A stretch of DNA of 38,417 nucleotides, from IMG/VR virus record IMGVR_UViG_3300030397_000563, positions 1 to 38,417 of that record, one strand, 5' to 3'. The DNA comes from a virus. Its lineage: Duplodnaviria > Caudoviricetes. The notes under the pieces are model-generated. The model was given only the letters and a program-made list of their open reading frames with translations, did not search any database and was not told the origin of the DNA. The position numbers were made by a program, and so were the translations under genes. Shown here one piece after another: positions 25,169 to 34,632 of this stretch. Numbering within the stretch: the first letter of the stretch is position 1; each line of letters starts with the position of its first letter.

Positions 25169-25687
25169 ATGACTGAAGAAAAACAAGAAACAAATGAAGA
25201 AGTTCCTCAAGAAGAAGGAATGGAAGAGACTGTTGTTGCAGAACAACCCGAAGAAGCGGAAGAAGGATTAGAACCTATGAAATTCAAATGCATAACACAA
25301 ACTCTCAGAGTCGGGTATCACAATGCTCCAAGTGGAGAAACGTATATCCTGAATAAAGGACAGCCCTTTATAGTTCGTAATAAGGAAGACATCAAATATT
25401 TCTTGGAAAACAAGAGATTCGAGAAGGTCGGACTTTTAAGCGATCTCATGGGATCAGATGATGGTGCTAAGGGAAACGATGAAGAAACTGTGCTTAGAGA
25501 AGAACTCGAAGGCTTAAGTGGAATCAGCAAAAAAACCGTAGACACTGTTGTAGAGCTTTATGGAAGTGCTCAGAAAATCATGGACTCTATAAGTGAAGGG
25601 ATGAAGATGGATAACACCATTCCTGAAAAGCAAGCAACGAAAATCTTTAATCATTTTGAAGAAAAACTGAACCGAGGTGAAGAATAA
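25169..25687 (+). CDS. Protein with C-terminal helix-hairpin-helix-like domain
   Basis: AGGAGG RBS; LEGLSGISKKTVDTVVELYG; similar to 34633-35001. Confidence 0.6.
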   Translation: MTEEKQETNEEVPQEEGMEETVVAEQPEEAEEGLEPMKFKCITQTLRVGYHNAPSGETYILNKGQPFIVRNKEDIKYFLENKRFEKVGLLSDLMGSDDGAKGNDEETVLREELEGLSGISKKTVDTVVELYGSAQKIMDSISEGMKMDNTIPEKQATKIFNHFEEKLNRGEE

Positions 25688-26154
25688 TGGGAAACGGATT
25701 AACAGGCGACAACCCTGCTGCGCCACCATACAGTAATGGACCTTATACGTGGGATCAAAAAGTTACTTTTAACAATGGATTGGTAGCAGGTGCTGAATCA
25801 GTAACGCCAAACAATGATGCTGGAACTGCTTCAACAATTACTGCAGGAAGAACTGCGGTGGACGTTCAAGCAGTAACAAACGACGCAAACGATTTTATCG
25901 TATTACCTGCTCTTGCAGATGTACCTGTGGGACACACAATTACGATTGGGTGTAATGCAGGAACGAACTTCGAGCTGAGAACTCCAGCCTCAAGTGGTGA
26001 GAAAATCAACAACGTTGATGCAGACGGAACTCAGGAATACTTGTGTACTGACACCGATGTCGTTGTTTGTCGTAAGATAAGCAACACTGATGGATGGACT
26101 GCACAATCTTTCCAGATTTCAGGAGCAGTCAGAACCGCTGTAACTCCAGACTAG
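25687..26154 (+). CDS. Putative capsid decoration/head-associated protein
   Basis: GAGGTGA RBS; Gly/Thr/Ala-rich beta protein near MCP. Confidence 0.5.
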   Translation: MGNGLTGDNPAAPPYSNGPYTWDQKVTFNNGLVAGAESVTPNNDAGTASTITAGRTAVDVQAVTNDANDFIVLPALADVPVGHTITIGCNAGTNFELRTPASSGEKINNVDADGTQEYLCTDTDVVVCRKISNTDGWTAQSFQISGAVRTAVTPD

Positions 26155-26167
26155 ACACTCTCTAGTC

Positions 26168-26188
26168 TTCTTTTTTTTCTTTTTTTTT
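26168..26188 (+). terminator. Oligo-T terminator
   Basis: Long T tract after the 26154 stop. Confidence 0.55.
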
Positions 26189-26230
26189 GAAGGTTCGAAC
26201 AATCAAAAACCTAAGGAAGGTGAAATAATC

Positions 26231-26386
26231 ATGGCAACTGGAGATATCGAAGTGTACGGGCCTTTCCCTGCAGATGACACTGCAGCAATAGATGCAGGAC
26301 TTACTGGGAACAGTATTGTTGTAGCGGATACTATAACGTCGCATGTCAAAGAGGGAATGGTTTACTTTGTAGTAGTTAAAGCCTAA
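26231..26386 (+). CDS. Small virion-module protein (51 aa)
   Basis: AAGGTGA RBS; MATGDIEVYGPFPADD...; not in the ORF track. Confidence 0.7.
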   Translation: MATGDIEVYGPFPADDTAAIDAGLTGNSIVVADTITSHVKEGMVYFVVVKA

Positions 26387-26404
26387 GAGTAGGAAGAATC
26401 AAGA

Positions 26405-26755
26405 ATGGTAAACCTCGTAAATATGGATATCCAAAGGGGGGACGATTACAGCGTAGCTATTGCTGTAAAGGATGAGAACGCAGCTGCGATTGACATCACA
26501 GGCTGGAAATTCTGGATAACTATAAAGTCGAACGAGTCAGATGCTGATGGTTCAGCGGTGGTGCAAAAAGCAGTGACAAGCCATGATGATCCGACAAACG
26601 GGCTGACAACGGTAAGCCTTTCTAATTCTGATACGGATTCCCTTCTGGGGAAATATTTTTATGACATCCAATTTAAGAAAGCGGATGGTAAAGTGAAAAC
26701 CTTAATGTATGGGGTTATCGATTTCAAGTATGATTATACGAGGACGACATCATGA
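26405..26755 (+). CDS. BppU-N-like Ig-fold adaptor protein
   Basis: IQRGDD...IDITGW...GKYFYDIQ pattern. Confidence 0.65.
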   Translation: MVNLVNMDIQRGDDYSVAIAVKDENAAAIDITGWKFWITIKSNESDADGSAVVQKAVTSHDDPTNGLTTVSLSNSDTDSLLGKYFYDIQFKKADGKVKTLMYGVIDFKYDYTRTTS

Positions 26756-26958
26756 CGGAAGACAATATTACTCTAAGCGTGGAAGATGGGCTGCAGGTAA
26801 CGGTTACGCTGAACGCTATACGAACGGTTAATTACGTGGATGAGGATGAAAAGTTTTATCTGGATGGTGCGAGTGGAACAACATATTTTATATTCAACAG
26901 TACTACACAGAAGGTGGAGATCTTTGTGAAAGGTACGAAAAAGGGGGCATGGGGATGA
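26752..26958 (+). CDS. Small beta-rich virion-module protein
   Basis: ATGA coupling; FYLDG...TYFIFNS...VEIFVKG. Confidence 0.6.
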   Translation: MTEDNITLSVEDGLQVTVTLNAIRTVNYVDEDEKFYLDGASGTTYFIFNSTTQKVEIFVKGTKKGAWG

Positions 26959-28046
26959 AATCTATCTATAAACTATTTCCGCTTCTGCTTATACTTGCAC
27001 TTCTTTCTATAAGTGTGAGTGCGGATAACGAACAATTTGATGATGTGAACTATAACAATTACACTCTTTACAATGTGAGCAACATTACTGCTATAAGGTT
27101 CATTGGTGATGGAAGCCAACTCACAGGCATAACAGGTGCGAACGGAAGTAATATTTTACAGGATAATGCATACAATCATACACAGTTTCATGAGAACGAT
27201 AACCAGCTGAACGTGAATCTTTCATGGTTTCAGACGGCAGTAAACGCCTTAGTAGATTTGAGTAATTACGTAACTCTTTCACTCTTATCGACGAACAACG
27301 CTTCTTTAATCACTTACATTGATGCACAAGATGTGACATTCAATAATTCTGCTATTGCAGACGTGGATGCTAAACTAGGCTCTTACGTAAACGATAGCCA
27401 ATTTGTGGATAACAATGAGACGCTTAAGAATTATACTGATGGGTTGAATGGCACGTGGGAAGACAAGATCTACACTGGCCAAAGTGGAATTATAGCAAAC
27501 ACAGATGGGAACTTTACCATAAACACTTCTTATGTGAATGATTCTGTAGGAACGAACGCAAGCATAGATGCCAGAGTAACACAGAGCTTTCTTCAAGCAA
27601 TTCTGGATGCTGTTTACGTAACTATATCCGTTTTTGAAACGAACAATGCAAGTGTTAAAGATTACGTTGATGGCCTCAATGGAACTTGGGAAGATAAAGT
27701 TTATACAGGACATAGTGGGATAATAGCAAATGCGGATGGAAATTTTAGTGTGAACACGACCTATATCAACGACAGCATAGGGACTAATGCAACAATCGAT
27801 GCACGTGTCACTCAGAGTTTTCTGCAGAACTTACTGGACACTGTTTATGTCAGTCTTTCAAACATTTACATAAGTGAAGTGCAAAACGATACCACTCCTC
27901 AACTGGGTGGAAATCTTGATACGAATGAGTTTAACCTGACAGGAAATCATAGTTTAATATTTGATACGGGCGGTCAGAGAACTAGCAATGGTTCGTGCGA
28001 AGTATTATGGATATTGAACAGTGGAAACACGGTGTGTTTTAACTAG
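26955..28046 (+). CDS. Signal-peptide-bearing, sequon-rich fibre-like protein with a 77-aa internal repeat
   Basis: MKSIYKLFPLLLILALLSISVSA signal peptide; ~26 N-x-S/T sequons; fibre motifs FIGDGSQLTGI and DTTPQLGGNLD. Confidence 0.75.
   Translation: MKSIYKLFPLLLILALLSISVSADNEQFDDVNYNNYTLYNVSNITAIRFIGDGSQLTGITGANGSNILQDNAYNHTQFHENDNQLNVNLSWFQTAVNALVDLSNYVTLSLLSTNNASLITYIDAQDVTFNNSAIADVDAKLGSYVNDSQFVDNNETLKNYTDGLNGTWEDKIYTGQSGIIANTDGNFTINTSYVNDSVGTNASIDARVTQSFLQAILDAVYVTISVFETNNASVKDYVDGLNGTWEDKVYTGHSGIIANADGNFSVNTTYINDSIGTNATIDARVTQSFLQNLLDTVYVSLSNIYISEVQNDTTPQLGGNLDTNEFNLTGNHSLIFDTGGQRTSNGSCEVLWILNSGNTVCFN
27411..27851 (+). repeat. Intragenic tandem duplication, 231-nt (77-aa) period
   Basis: NNETLKNYTDGLNGTWEDKIYTG... 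at 27411 vs NNASVKDYVDGLNGTWEDKVYTG... at 27642. Confidence 0.85.
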
Positions 28047-28054
28047 GAGAAAAG

Positions 28055-28510
28055 ATGGCAGCTGTACCTGATAAATCGAGCGGAGACAACCTTGCACCTA
28101 GTGAATTGTTTAAACTATTTGGTGTGGACACTACAGGTGGTTCAACCACTTCAACGTCTTATGTAAAGATAGGCGAGGTTGCAGTTCCTGCAGGTAAAGT
28201 CGGAACTTATGTGGAAGTTACTGCCATGGTAACGGGTGCAAGTGTGGATGCTGGATCTGCAACGGAAGCAGGAACTTGGGATGTCAGAATAGGAGAAACA
28301 GGATCTGAAGTTAGCAAAGACACCTTTACAGCAGGTGGTTTTGGAGCAGATGGAGGAGGGAGTTTCACCATAAACTATACTATAACTTATTATTACACAC
28401 CAACCAGTGATGAAAAGACCAACGGATTTAACGTTCAAATATATGCCAAGACAGCTGACGCAGGAAGCCCAGCAATGGTAGTTCATCAATTATTAGTTAA
28501 AGGTGTGTGA
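28055..28510 (+). CDS. Putative fibre/spike head protein
   Basis: AGGAG RBS; Gly/Thr-rich beta-sandwich-like sequence (STTSTSYVKI). Confidence 0.5.
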   Translation: MAAVPDKSSGDNLAPSELFKLFGVDTTGGSTTSTSYVKIGEVAVPAGKVGTYVEVTAMVTGASVDAGSATEAGTWDVRIGETGSEVSKDTFTAGGFGADGGGSFTINYTITYYYTPTSDEKTNGFNVQIYAKTADAGSPAMVVHQLLVKGV

Positions 28511-28513
28511 GCA

Positions 28514-31500
28514 ATGCCAAAGAAAGGAAGCAAAAGGATAACAGCAAAAAGAGTTAAGAAATGGGCTAGTCAGAGCTCAGGACCTCTTGGAGTGCTTCTT
28601 ATAGGATTAATCATATTCTTAGGTGCAGGTTACATAGAAGGAGAAATAGATTATAGCCCTTCATGTGCTGGTGATAACTTTTCTGGAGATCCTTGCTGGA
28701 TGGAATTAAGACTATGTATGGAAAAGGACGTTTTCATATATCCAGATCAAGGATACTCGGAGTTGATGAACACGAACGGCTCGCTTGAGGACATACGTCT
28801 TTTAAGAAAGTGGGGTACGGGTTATAGAGAATATGATCTTACTGATACGTGCAAAGGCACATGGTGTGGAGCTCCTCGAGGAGTAAAAGAAGCAGCTTAT
28901 AGTGTAGCCTTAAGAGAAGGCAAATGCTATGATTTACGTGTGGAGGCTTTGAAAGAAGATCCTGAAGAAAATATTTTATGGAGTATTAACCCAGAAGGAA
29001 TATGGGAAGGAAAGAAAGTTTCTGCTGTTTCAACAGGACAAAAGAAAGAGCGAGCAGTCACTTATCCTTCTGAAGCAAGGAAATCTGGACATAAAACCGT
29101 TTCGCTTGCAAGTCCTTCTTATAAAGTAAAGAATCAACCCTTAGGAACGTATAAGGTAACAAGGAAAACAGGCAACGAAAGCTTTTACGATGTTAGAATG
29201 ACAAGCAAGACCATACAAGAGATAGAAAACTATACTTCTTTCAACGGTTCTTTTGAGCAAAGAATAGTGAACGTATCTATACAGACAGTTTGTTTTGTAG
29301 CTGATTTTCAAAGAAAGTCTTATAATGAGACGCTTCCAGACGGTTCTAAGATAAAAAGAACGTATCATGTACCTTCCAATTTTACAGCTTACAAGAATGG
29401 TGAAGAACAAACAGGTCATGAGCTGAGAAGGAGTTTCAAGAAGAAAATTGCTGATGAAGTTAAAGAAGGAGTTTTCAGAAGAGACAGGTTTCAAAGAGGG
29501 GATACTTATGAATTCTGTACGGATTTAGATCCTAGAACGGACTTTCACTTTAAGTTTGGTGAAGCGACCATAGAGTTAGAACAAGAAACCTCACTCACAG
29601 CAAACGTACACTTAGTAAATGTTACGGCAGAACCACAATACACCCATCTGAACATAAGCGATCCCAGTGTTGTTTTTTACACCACATTTGACAAAGAAAA
29701 CAACACACACGTACACGACTATTCTAAAAATAACAATGATGGAACGGTCAACGGAGTAAGCATTGCTTACAACGAAACAGGATATATAGGCCGTAGTGCT
29801 TACATGGACGGAACAACAGACAACGTTATAGAAATAAGCGACTTTGACGAGTTAGGAGATGACGGAAGCTTAAGTGCTTTTATTTGGGTGAATGGTGCTT
29901 CTCAAACTACTAAGGGTGTTCTTGCTCATTATGACAGTAGCGGAAACCAGAGATCATGGCAGTTAAGAAGTGGAAGAAGTGGAAGTGAAGATGAAATAGC
30001 CATTGTTATTAGTGACAATGGAGGGAGTAGCGATCTTAAAGAGTACGAATCAAGCATTACTGCTTTCGATAGCACATGGAACAGTGTTGCTTTTGCTTGG
30101 AACGGTACAAGCCAACAGCTTAATCTTTTTGTTAATGGGGTGAATGATACTAGCGTTCATAAAAGATCAGATAATGATATTACTGACATTCACGACAGTA
30201 CGGGAGTTTACGATATTGGAAGTACCACAAGTGGTGGGACACCTGCTTCTATATTTACGGGAAGTCTTGATATGGCTATGATTTTTAACAGGACTTTAGG
30301 TGTTGATGAAATAGCAAACTTACACAATCAAACACTTCCTTTATTCATTCAAAGCGGAACACAAACATTTGCAAGCTTCCCTCTTAACCTTACTGATGAG
30401 AACGTGTTGAACGTGAGCGTGGAAGGTTATCAAAGGTTTAATGGTACTGATATTTTTTTAGAAGTAGGAGACTGGAACTACACTGAAAGTTATACTTGTT
30501 CTAGCGATCCTGATCTTATATTGTGTCTTCCTATGGATAACAGAACAGAAAATGGGGAGAATGAAACGTTTACTATTGGGCTTTCTCAAAATAATAATGC
30601 AACTGTGCAAAGAGGGACTCCTGATACTGCGGATGGTCGTTTTCATACGGGTTTTAAGTTTGAAGAAACAGATCAAGACGCTTTCTTGGCTGATGTTTCA
30701 CAAATGGATGGACTTGATAGAGGGACTATTAGTGCGTGGGTGAATTACGAAAGTTTTTATGGTGGTAATGAGAACATGCCTATTTCTTCCAGAACTGCGG
30801 GAGGGAATAGAGTTTACTTGAGTTATCCTTCAGGAAGCAACATTCTCATAGGACTTGGAAGTAGCGGAGCTATAGATACAGGTGTGGATACGACAGAAGT
30901 TCCTGTTGGTACTTGGCACATGCAAACTCTAACATGGGATAGTGGAAGTTATGCTTGGTATTTGGATGGTGTTCAAAGAGATACTGGAAGTTATGGAAGC
31001 ACAGTAGACATGGATAACAAAATTGCCATTGGAGGTTTTGACAGCGGGGACACTCTTGGAAGTGGTTTCGAGTTTGACGGTAGTTTAGATCATGTGCTTA
31101 TTTGGAATAGGAGTTTGAGTTCTGATGAAGTAAAGGACGTCTATGTGAATGGGTTTCTTAATTTCACGTATAATAATTATACTCGTTTAACTGCTATAGA
31201 TGGAAATGATAATTCTAGTTTTGATGAGTTTACCGTGCGTAACAGTAGCACTGAATTCGAATTAAAGTTTAATCTTACAAGCAATGATAATAACAGTTAT
31301 AGTCCTAGCTTAGGAGATGCTAACATCACTCTTGGATTCGAGTTCGTGCCACCACCACCTTTAGAAGCAGGAGCAGGAAAGAACATTACAAGCGAACCCT
31401 TATACCATCACTTAAACATTACAAACGAGAATATTTTGTTTTACATGCCTTTTGATGGAGACAACAACACAGACGCTTATGACTATACTTCCTATAATGA

Positions 31501-33346
31501 AGACGGAACAGTAGTCAGTGCTAACACATCTTCATCTGGAATTATTAGCAACAGTCTCGGACTTGATGGTTCTTCAGGTTATGTAGACATCCTTGATAGT
31601 GCAACAGGAGGTCATACTTTCACAGATTTAGGACAGAACATTACAGTTAGTGCTTGGATTAATCCCGTAGACACTTCGGCAACAGGAAGTTTTTGGTTTG
31701 GAGGAGAAACCATTATAGAATTAAGAGATGAGGGGAGTTCTTCTGATGTTCCTTTTTCTATGGGAACTCATGATAATAAGCTAAGTCTTGGTGTAGCTAC
31801 TGCAGGGGTTTCAAACTTTCATAGAGTTACGAGCACAAACAATCTTACAGAGAATGAATGGCAACAAGTAGGTTTTACGATTTCAGGAAATAATTATAAG
31901 CTTTTCATTAACGGTGTGTTGAACGGTTCGGGTACTCTTACTCCTACGGGTGACCGTGCAGTTAATGACACAGCTGCAAATTTCCAAATAGGGGTGAGAA
32001 GCAGGAATAGTGGACAGAAAGATTCTAACTTTTTCGGTGGCCTTATTGATGAAGTGATTATTTTCAACAGTAGCTTAACTGAAAGTGATATGGGAAACAT
32101 ATACGATTTTTCTTTGCCTAAATTCTCAAAAAGCGGAGAATTAAGTTATAAGAGCAGTCCTATTAATGTTACAACAGAAGATAGAATCAATTACACCTTT
32201 GAAGCCTATAACAGGTTTAACGGTACAGAACTTAAAATAACCCATATGTGGTGGAATTATACAAAAGGATACAATGAAACACCTGATGAACTTCTTGCAT
32301 ACTACCACTTTGACAATAGAACCGATCTTGGAGAAAACAACACGTACTTTATAGATTCATCAATATATGGAAATAATCTCACGGCAAGTGGAGAAGCAAG
32401 TTTTAATGCAACAGGAAGATACCATACAGGATTAGGTGTCGATGGAGTAAATGATTACGCATCTCTTTCTGATGGGGGAGATATTAGCCTTGATCTTTCA
32501 GATAACTTTACCATATCATGGTGGTATAAGCACGGAAAACACAACGGTTTGTATGAAACTATGATTTCTAAAAGGGTTGCCAACACAGACACTTCTAATT
32601 ATCAATTTTACAAACACGTAACCACCAACCAGCTCAGGTACTATAATGGTATTGCCGAGTACGAGTTCGACCACGTAATAGGACAAGATACTGATTGGAC
32701 ACACTTATTATTAAGCATGGACACTGAAGGCACAGATACGTTAAGCCTTTACGTAAACGGAGTGTTTGATAGTAGTGTGAGTGCTAGTCCTGGAAGCGTT
32801 AATAACGGTGATTTCTGGGTGGGCTATTTCGACCATGCAAGCCAAGACGAGTTCTTTAATGGAAGTATTGATGATATAAGGATACTGAATAGGAGTTCAA
32901 CTGCTGAAGAAGCAGAAGAACAATACCTTATTGGAAACTTATTATACTTACGTAACGAGACACAGTCTTTTAATGCTTCTGATGCGAATGATAATTTTAG
33001 TGTGAATAGTTTTCCTCTTGATCCTAGTACGCAAGAACACCACGCACTCATAACTTTTGAATCTAATAATGAACAATCATATTCTCCACTAACCACTATA
33101 GCACAGCCCGTGTTCACTCCTTTTCAGGGAGGAGGTGCTCCCCCTGCAGACTCTTGCACGTACACTTCAGGAGCTCACACTTACTTATGCGAAGATAACT
33201 GTAACATTGCAGTGACGACAGATTTTAATCAGAACAGTGTTCTCGTGCAAGGAAACGGGACTTTTACAGGATTTAAGAACTTGTTTAATTATTCGTCTTT
33301 CGAGCTCGTAAGCCTTCCTCAGACACAATGTCACATGCATTCGTAG
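28514..33346 (+). CDS. Giant membrane-anchored/secreted protein with four LamG domains (two duplicated modules), sequon-rich
   Basis: Basic N-terminus then GVLLIGLIIFLGAGYI; four LamG repeats ending GSLDMAMIFNRTL, GSLDHVLIWNRSL, GLIDEVIIFNSSL, GSIDDIRILNRSS; Cys-rich N- and C-terminal domains. Confidence 0.85.
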   Translation: MPKKGSKRITAKRVKKWASQSSGPLGVLLIGLIIFLGAGYIEGEIDYSPSCAGDNFSGDPCWMELRLCMEKDVFIYPDQGYSELMNTNGSLEDIRLLRKWGTGYREYDLTDTCKGTWCGAPRGVKEAAYSVALREGKCYDLRVEALKEDPEENILWSINPEGIWEGKKVSAVSTGQKKERAVTYPSEARKSGHKTVSLASPSYKVKNQPLGTYKVTRKTGNESFYDVRMTSKTIQEIENYTSFNGSFEQRIVNVSIQTVCFVADFQRKSYNETLPDGSKIKRTYHVPSNFTAYKNGEEQTGHELRRSFKKKIADEVKEGVFRRDRFQRGDTYEFCTDLDPRTDFHFKFGEATIELEQETSLTANVHLVNVTAEPQYTHLNISDPSVVFYTTFDKENNTHVHDYSKNNNDGTVNGVSIAYNETGYIGRSAYMDGTTDNVIEISDFDELGDDGSLSAFIWVNGASQTTKGVLAHYDSSGNQRSWQLRSGRSGSEDEIAIVISDNGGSSDLKEYESSITAFDSTWNSVAFAWNGTSQQLNLFVNGVNDTSVHKRSDNDITDIHDSTGVYDIGSTTSGGTPASIFTGSLDMAMIFNRTLGVDEIANLHNQTLPLFIQSGTQTFASFPLNLTDENVLNVSVEGYQRFNGTDIFLEVGDWNYTESYTCSSDPDLILCLPMDNRTENGENETFTIGLSQNNNATVQRGTPDTADGRFHTGFKFEETDQDAFLADVSQMDGLDRGTISAWVNYESFYGGNENMPISSRTAGGNRVYLSYPSGSNILIGLGSSGAIDTGVDTTEVPVGTWHMQTLTWDSGSYAWYLDGVQRDTGSYGSTVDMDNKIAIGGFDSGDTLGSGFEFDGSLDHVLIWNRSLSSDEVKDVYVNGFLNFTYNNYTRLTAIDGNDNSSFDEFTVRNSSTEFELKFNLTSNDNNSYSPSLGDANITLGFEFVPPPPLEAGAGKNITSEPLYHHLNITNENILFYMPFDGDNNTDAYDYTSYNEDGTVVSANTSSSGIISNSLGLDGSSGYVDILDSATGGHTFTDLGQNITVSAWINPVDTSATGSFWFGGETIIELRDEGSSSDVPFSMGTHDNKLSLGVATAGVSNFHRVTSTNNLTENEWQQVGFTISGNNYKLFINGVLNGSGTLTPTGDRAVNDTAANFQIGVRSRNSGQKDSNFFGGLIDEVIIFNSSLTESDMGNIYDFSLPKFSKSGELSYKSSPINVTTEDRINYTFEAYNRFNGTELKITHMWWNYTKGYNETPDELLAYYHFDNRTDLGENNTYFIDSSIYGNNLTASGEASFNATGRYHTGLGVDGVNDYASLSDGGDISLDLSDNFTISWWYKHGKHNGLYETMISKRVANTDTSNYQFYKHVTTNQLRYYNGIAEYEFDHVIGQDTDWTHLLLSMDTEGTDTLSLYVNGVFDSSVSASPGSVNNGDFWVGYFDHASQDEFFNGSIDDIRILNRSSTAEEAEEQYLIGNLLYLRNETQSFNASDANDNFSVNSFPLDPSTQEHHALITFESNNEQSYSPLTTIAQPVFTPFQGGGAPPADSCTYTSGAHTYLCEDNCNIAVTTDFNQNSVLVQGNGTFTGFKNLFNYSSFELVSLPQTQCHMHS

Positions 33347-33357
33347 ACGAGAGGTAG

Positions 33358-33373
33358 AAAGTCATATAAATAA
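33358..33373 (+). promoter_or_regulatory. Late promoter motif
   Basis: AAAGTCATATAAATAA; TATA begins 27 nt before ATG 33392. Confidence 0.8.
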
Positions 33374-33391
33374 AAGTGAGAAGAAGCTAGG

Positions 33392-34027
33392 ATGGCAACA
33401 TATTGTACAGCGGACGACGTGAGAAGAGTCTTACAAGTCGATTTCGATTTTAGCAGTCAAAAGCTTCCTACAGATACAGATGTGGAAGCAAGCATCGAAG
33501 AAGCTGAGGACGAGATAGATCAAGAAACCCAGCATGCATGGAGGGCTGTAACTGTAACTAATGAGTTTTATGACATTCCTATTCAAGCCTACAGAGAAGG
33601 TGTAGGAACACCCATTCACCTAAAGCATAGAAATGTTCGAACGTTAGCATCAGGAAGTGGGGATAAGTTAGAAGTGTGGGATGGGAGTAGTTATGAGGAC
33701 TGGCTCACGACAAAAACAGAAGGAAGAGCTAACGATTACTGGCTGGATGAAGAATTAGGCATATTATACATAAGACGTTATTGGAAATATTACTGGAAGA
33801 AGGCCATAAGAATGACTTACAGGTACGGAGAAAGCACAGTACCAAAGGACATAAGAAAGGCCACAGCTATGCTTGCAGCTATAGATTTTATCATGAGCGA
33901 TGATCTCAGTGCGTCTCTGAACGAAACAGGGGACAGTATGCGTGTGGGTCACGAGTCTAGAATTGAGATTATGCGTGAGAGAGTGGAGAAGATCATACGA
34001 AACAGGCGAGAAATACCTGTATTCTAA
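33392..34027 (+). CDS. Head-tail adaptor/connector protein
   Basis: YCTADDV...IEEAEDEID...TYRYG...VPKDIRKAT pattern. Confidence 0.8.
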   Translation: MATYCTADDVRRVLQVDFDFSSQKLPTDTDVEASIEEAEDEIDQETQHAWRAVTVTNEFYDIPIQAYREGVGTPIHLKHRNVRTLASGSGDKLEVWDGSSYEDWLTTKTEGRANDYWLDEELGILYIRRYWKYYWKKAIRMTYRYGESTVPKDIRKATAMLAAIDFIMSDDLSASLNETGDSMRVGHESRIEIMRERVEKIIRNRREIPVF

Positions 34028-34061
34028 CTCAAGGTAGCCATAATGGTTTTTGGCATGATCG

Positions 34062-34107
34062 GGTCAGGAGAGGTTTAGCATTTCCTCTCTTGGCCTTTTT
34101 TTTATTT
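34062..34107 (+). terminator. Hairpin plus T-tract terminator
   Basis: GGTCAGGAGAGG / CCTCTCTTGGCC stem followed by a T run. Confidence 0.7.
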
Positions 34108-34109
34108 AG

Positions 34110-34125
34110 AAAGTCATATAAATAA
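34110..34125 (+). promoter_or_regulatory. Late promoter motif
   Basis: AAAGTCATATAAATAA immediately after the terminator, upstream of tail genes. Confidence 0.8.
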
Positions 34126-34193
34126 GATTTCTCAGTATGTTACATTGCCATGTGTGTCCGTGTGGAAAAAGAGCATAGCAAGCAAACAAGAAA

Positions 34194-34628
34194 ATGGCCT
34201 CAAATCCGTATCAAGTAGTGATAGACGTTCTTAAAGATAATTGGGACAGTGGAAACACTAATGGGATCATACCTATTTTTCGAGAAATAACGGACCAGAA
34301 AGGGTTTCACTTTGGCCAAAGCAGAGACTGGATCTTCATTCACAGAAGCCTTCCACTCAGAGAACCTGCAGGAGTAGGCACAGGAGCAAAGCACAAACAC
34401 GAGAACATGCGTATAGATGTCCGAAGCAAAGGAGATGAAGCACATTTCTTAAACGTGGTTGCAGAAGTGGAAAGAGTCATGGACAGCAAGATAAACGTTT
34501 TCTTAGTCGATACGAACTGGACGCAAATGCTCACAGATGGGGACTGGGAAGATAAAAGCGACAAAGGTCAAAACACATGGAGAATGCTCATACCTGTAAA
34601 ACTATCAGCATACGCACAAGCGAGGTGA
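34194..34628 (+). CDS. Tail terminator/completion-like protein
   Basis: 144 aa between adaptor and tail tube; alpha/beta pattern (MRIDVRS). Confidence 0.55.
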   Translation: MASNPYQVVIDVLKDNWDSGNTNGIIPIFREITDQKGFHFGQSRDWIFIHRSLPLREPAGVGTGAKHKHENMRIDVRSKGDEAHFLNVVAEVERVMDSKINVFLVDTNWTQMLTDGDWEDKSDKGQNTWRMLIPVKLSAYAQAR

Positions 34629-34632
34629 AGAA

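Noticed and set aside
30552-30743. 63-aa alternative-frame ORF inside the LamG gene
   Set aside because: Short, no RBS or motif; expected by chance
28514-33346. Diversity-generating retroelement target or template
   Set aside because: No reverse transcriptase and no near-identical repeat pair differing at adenines was seen; the duplications are old and protein-level
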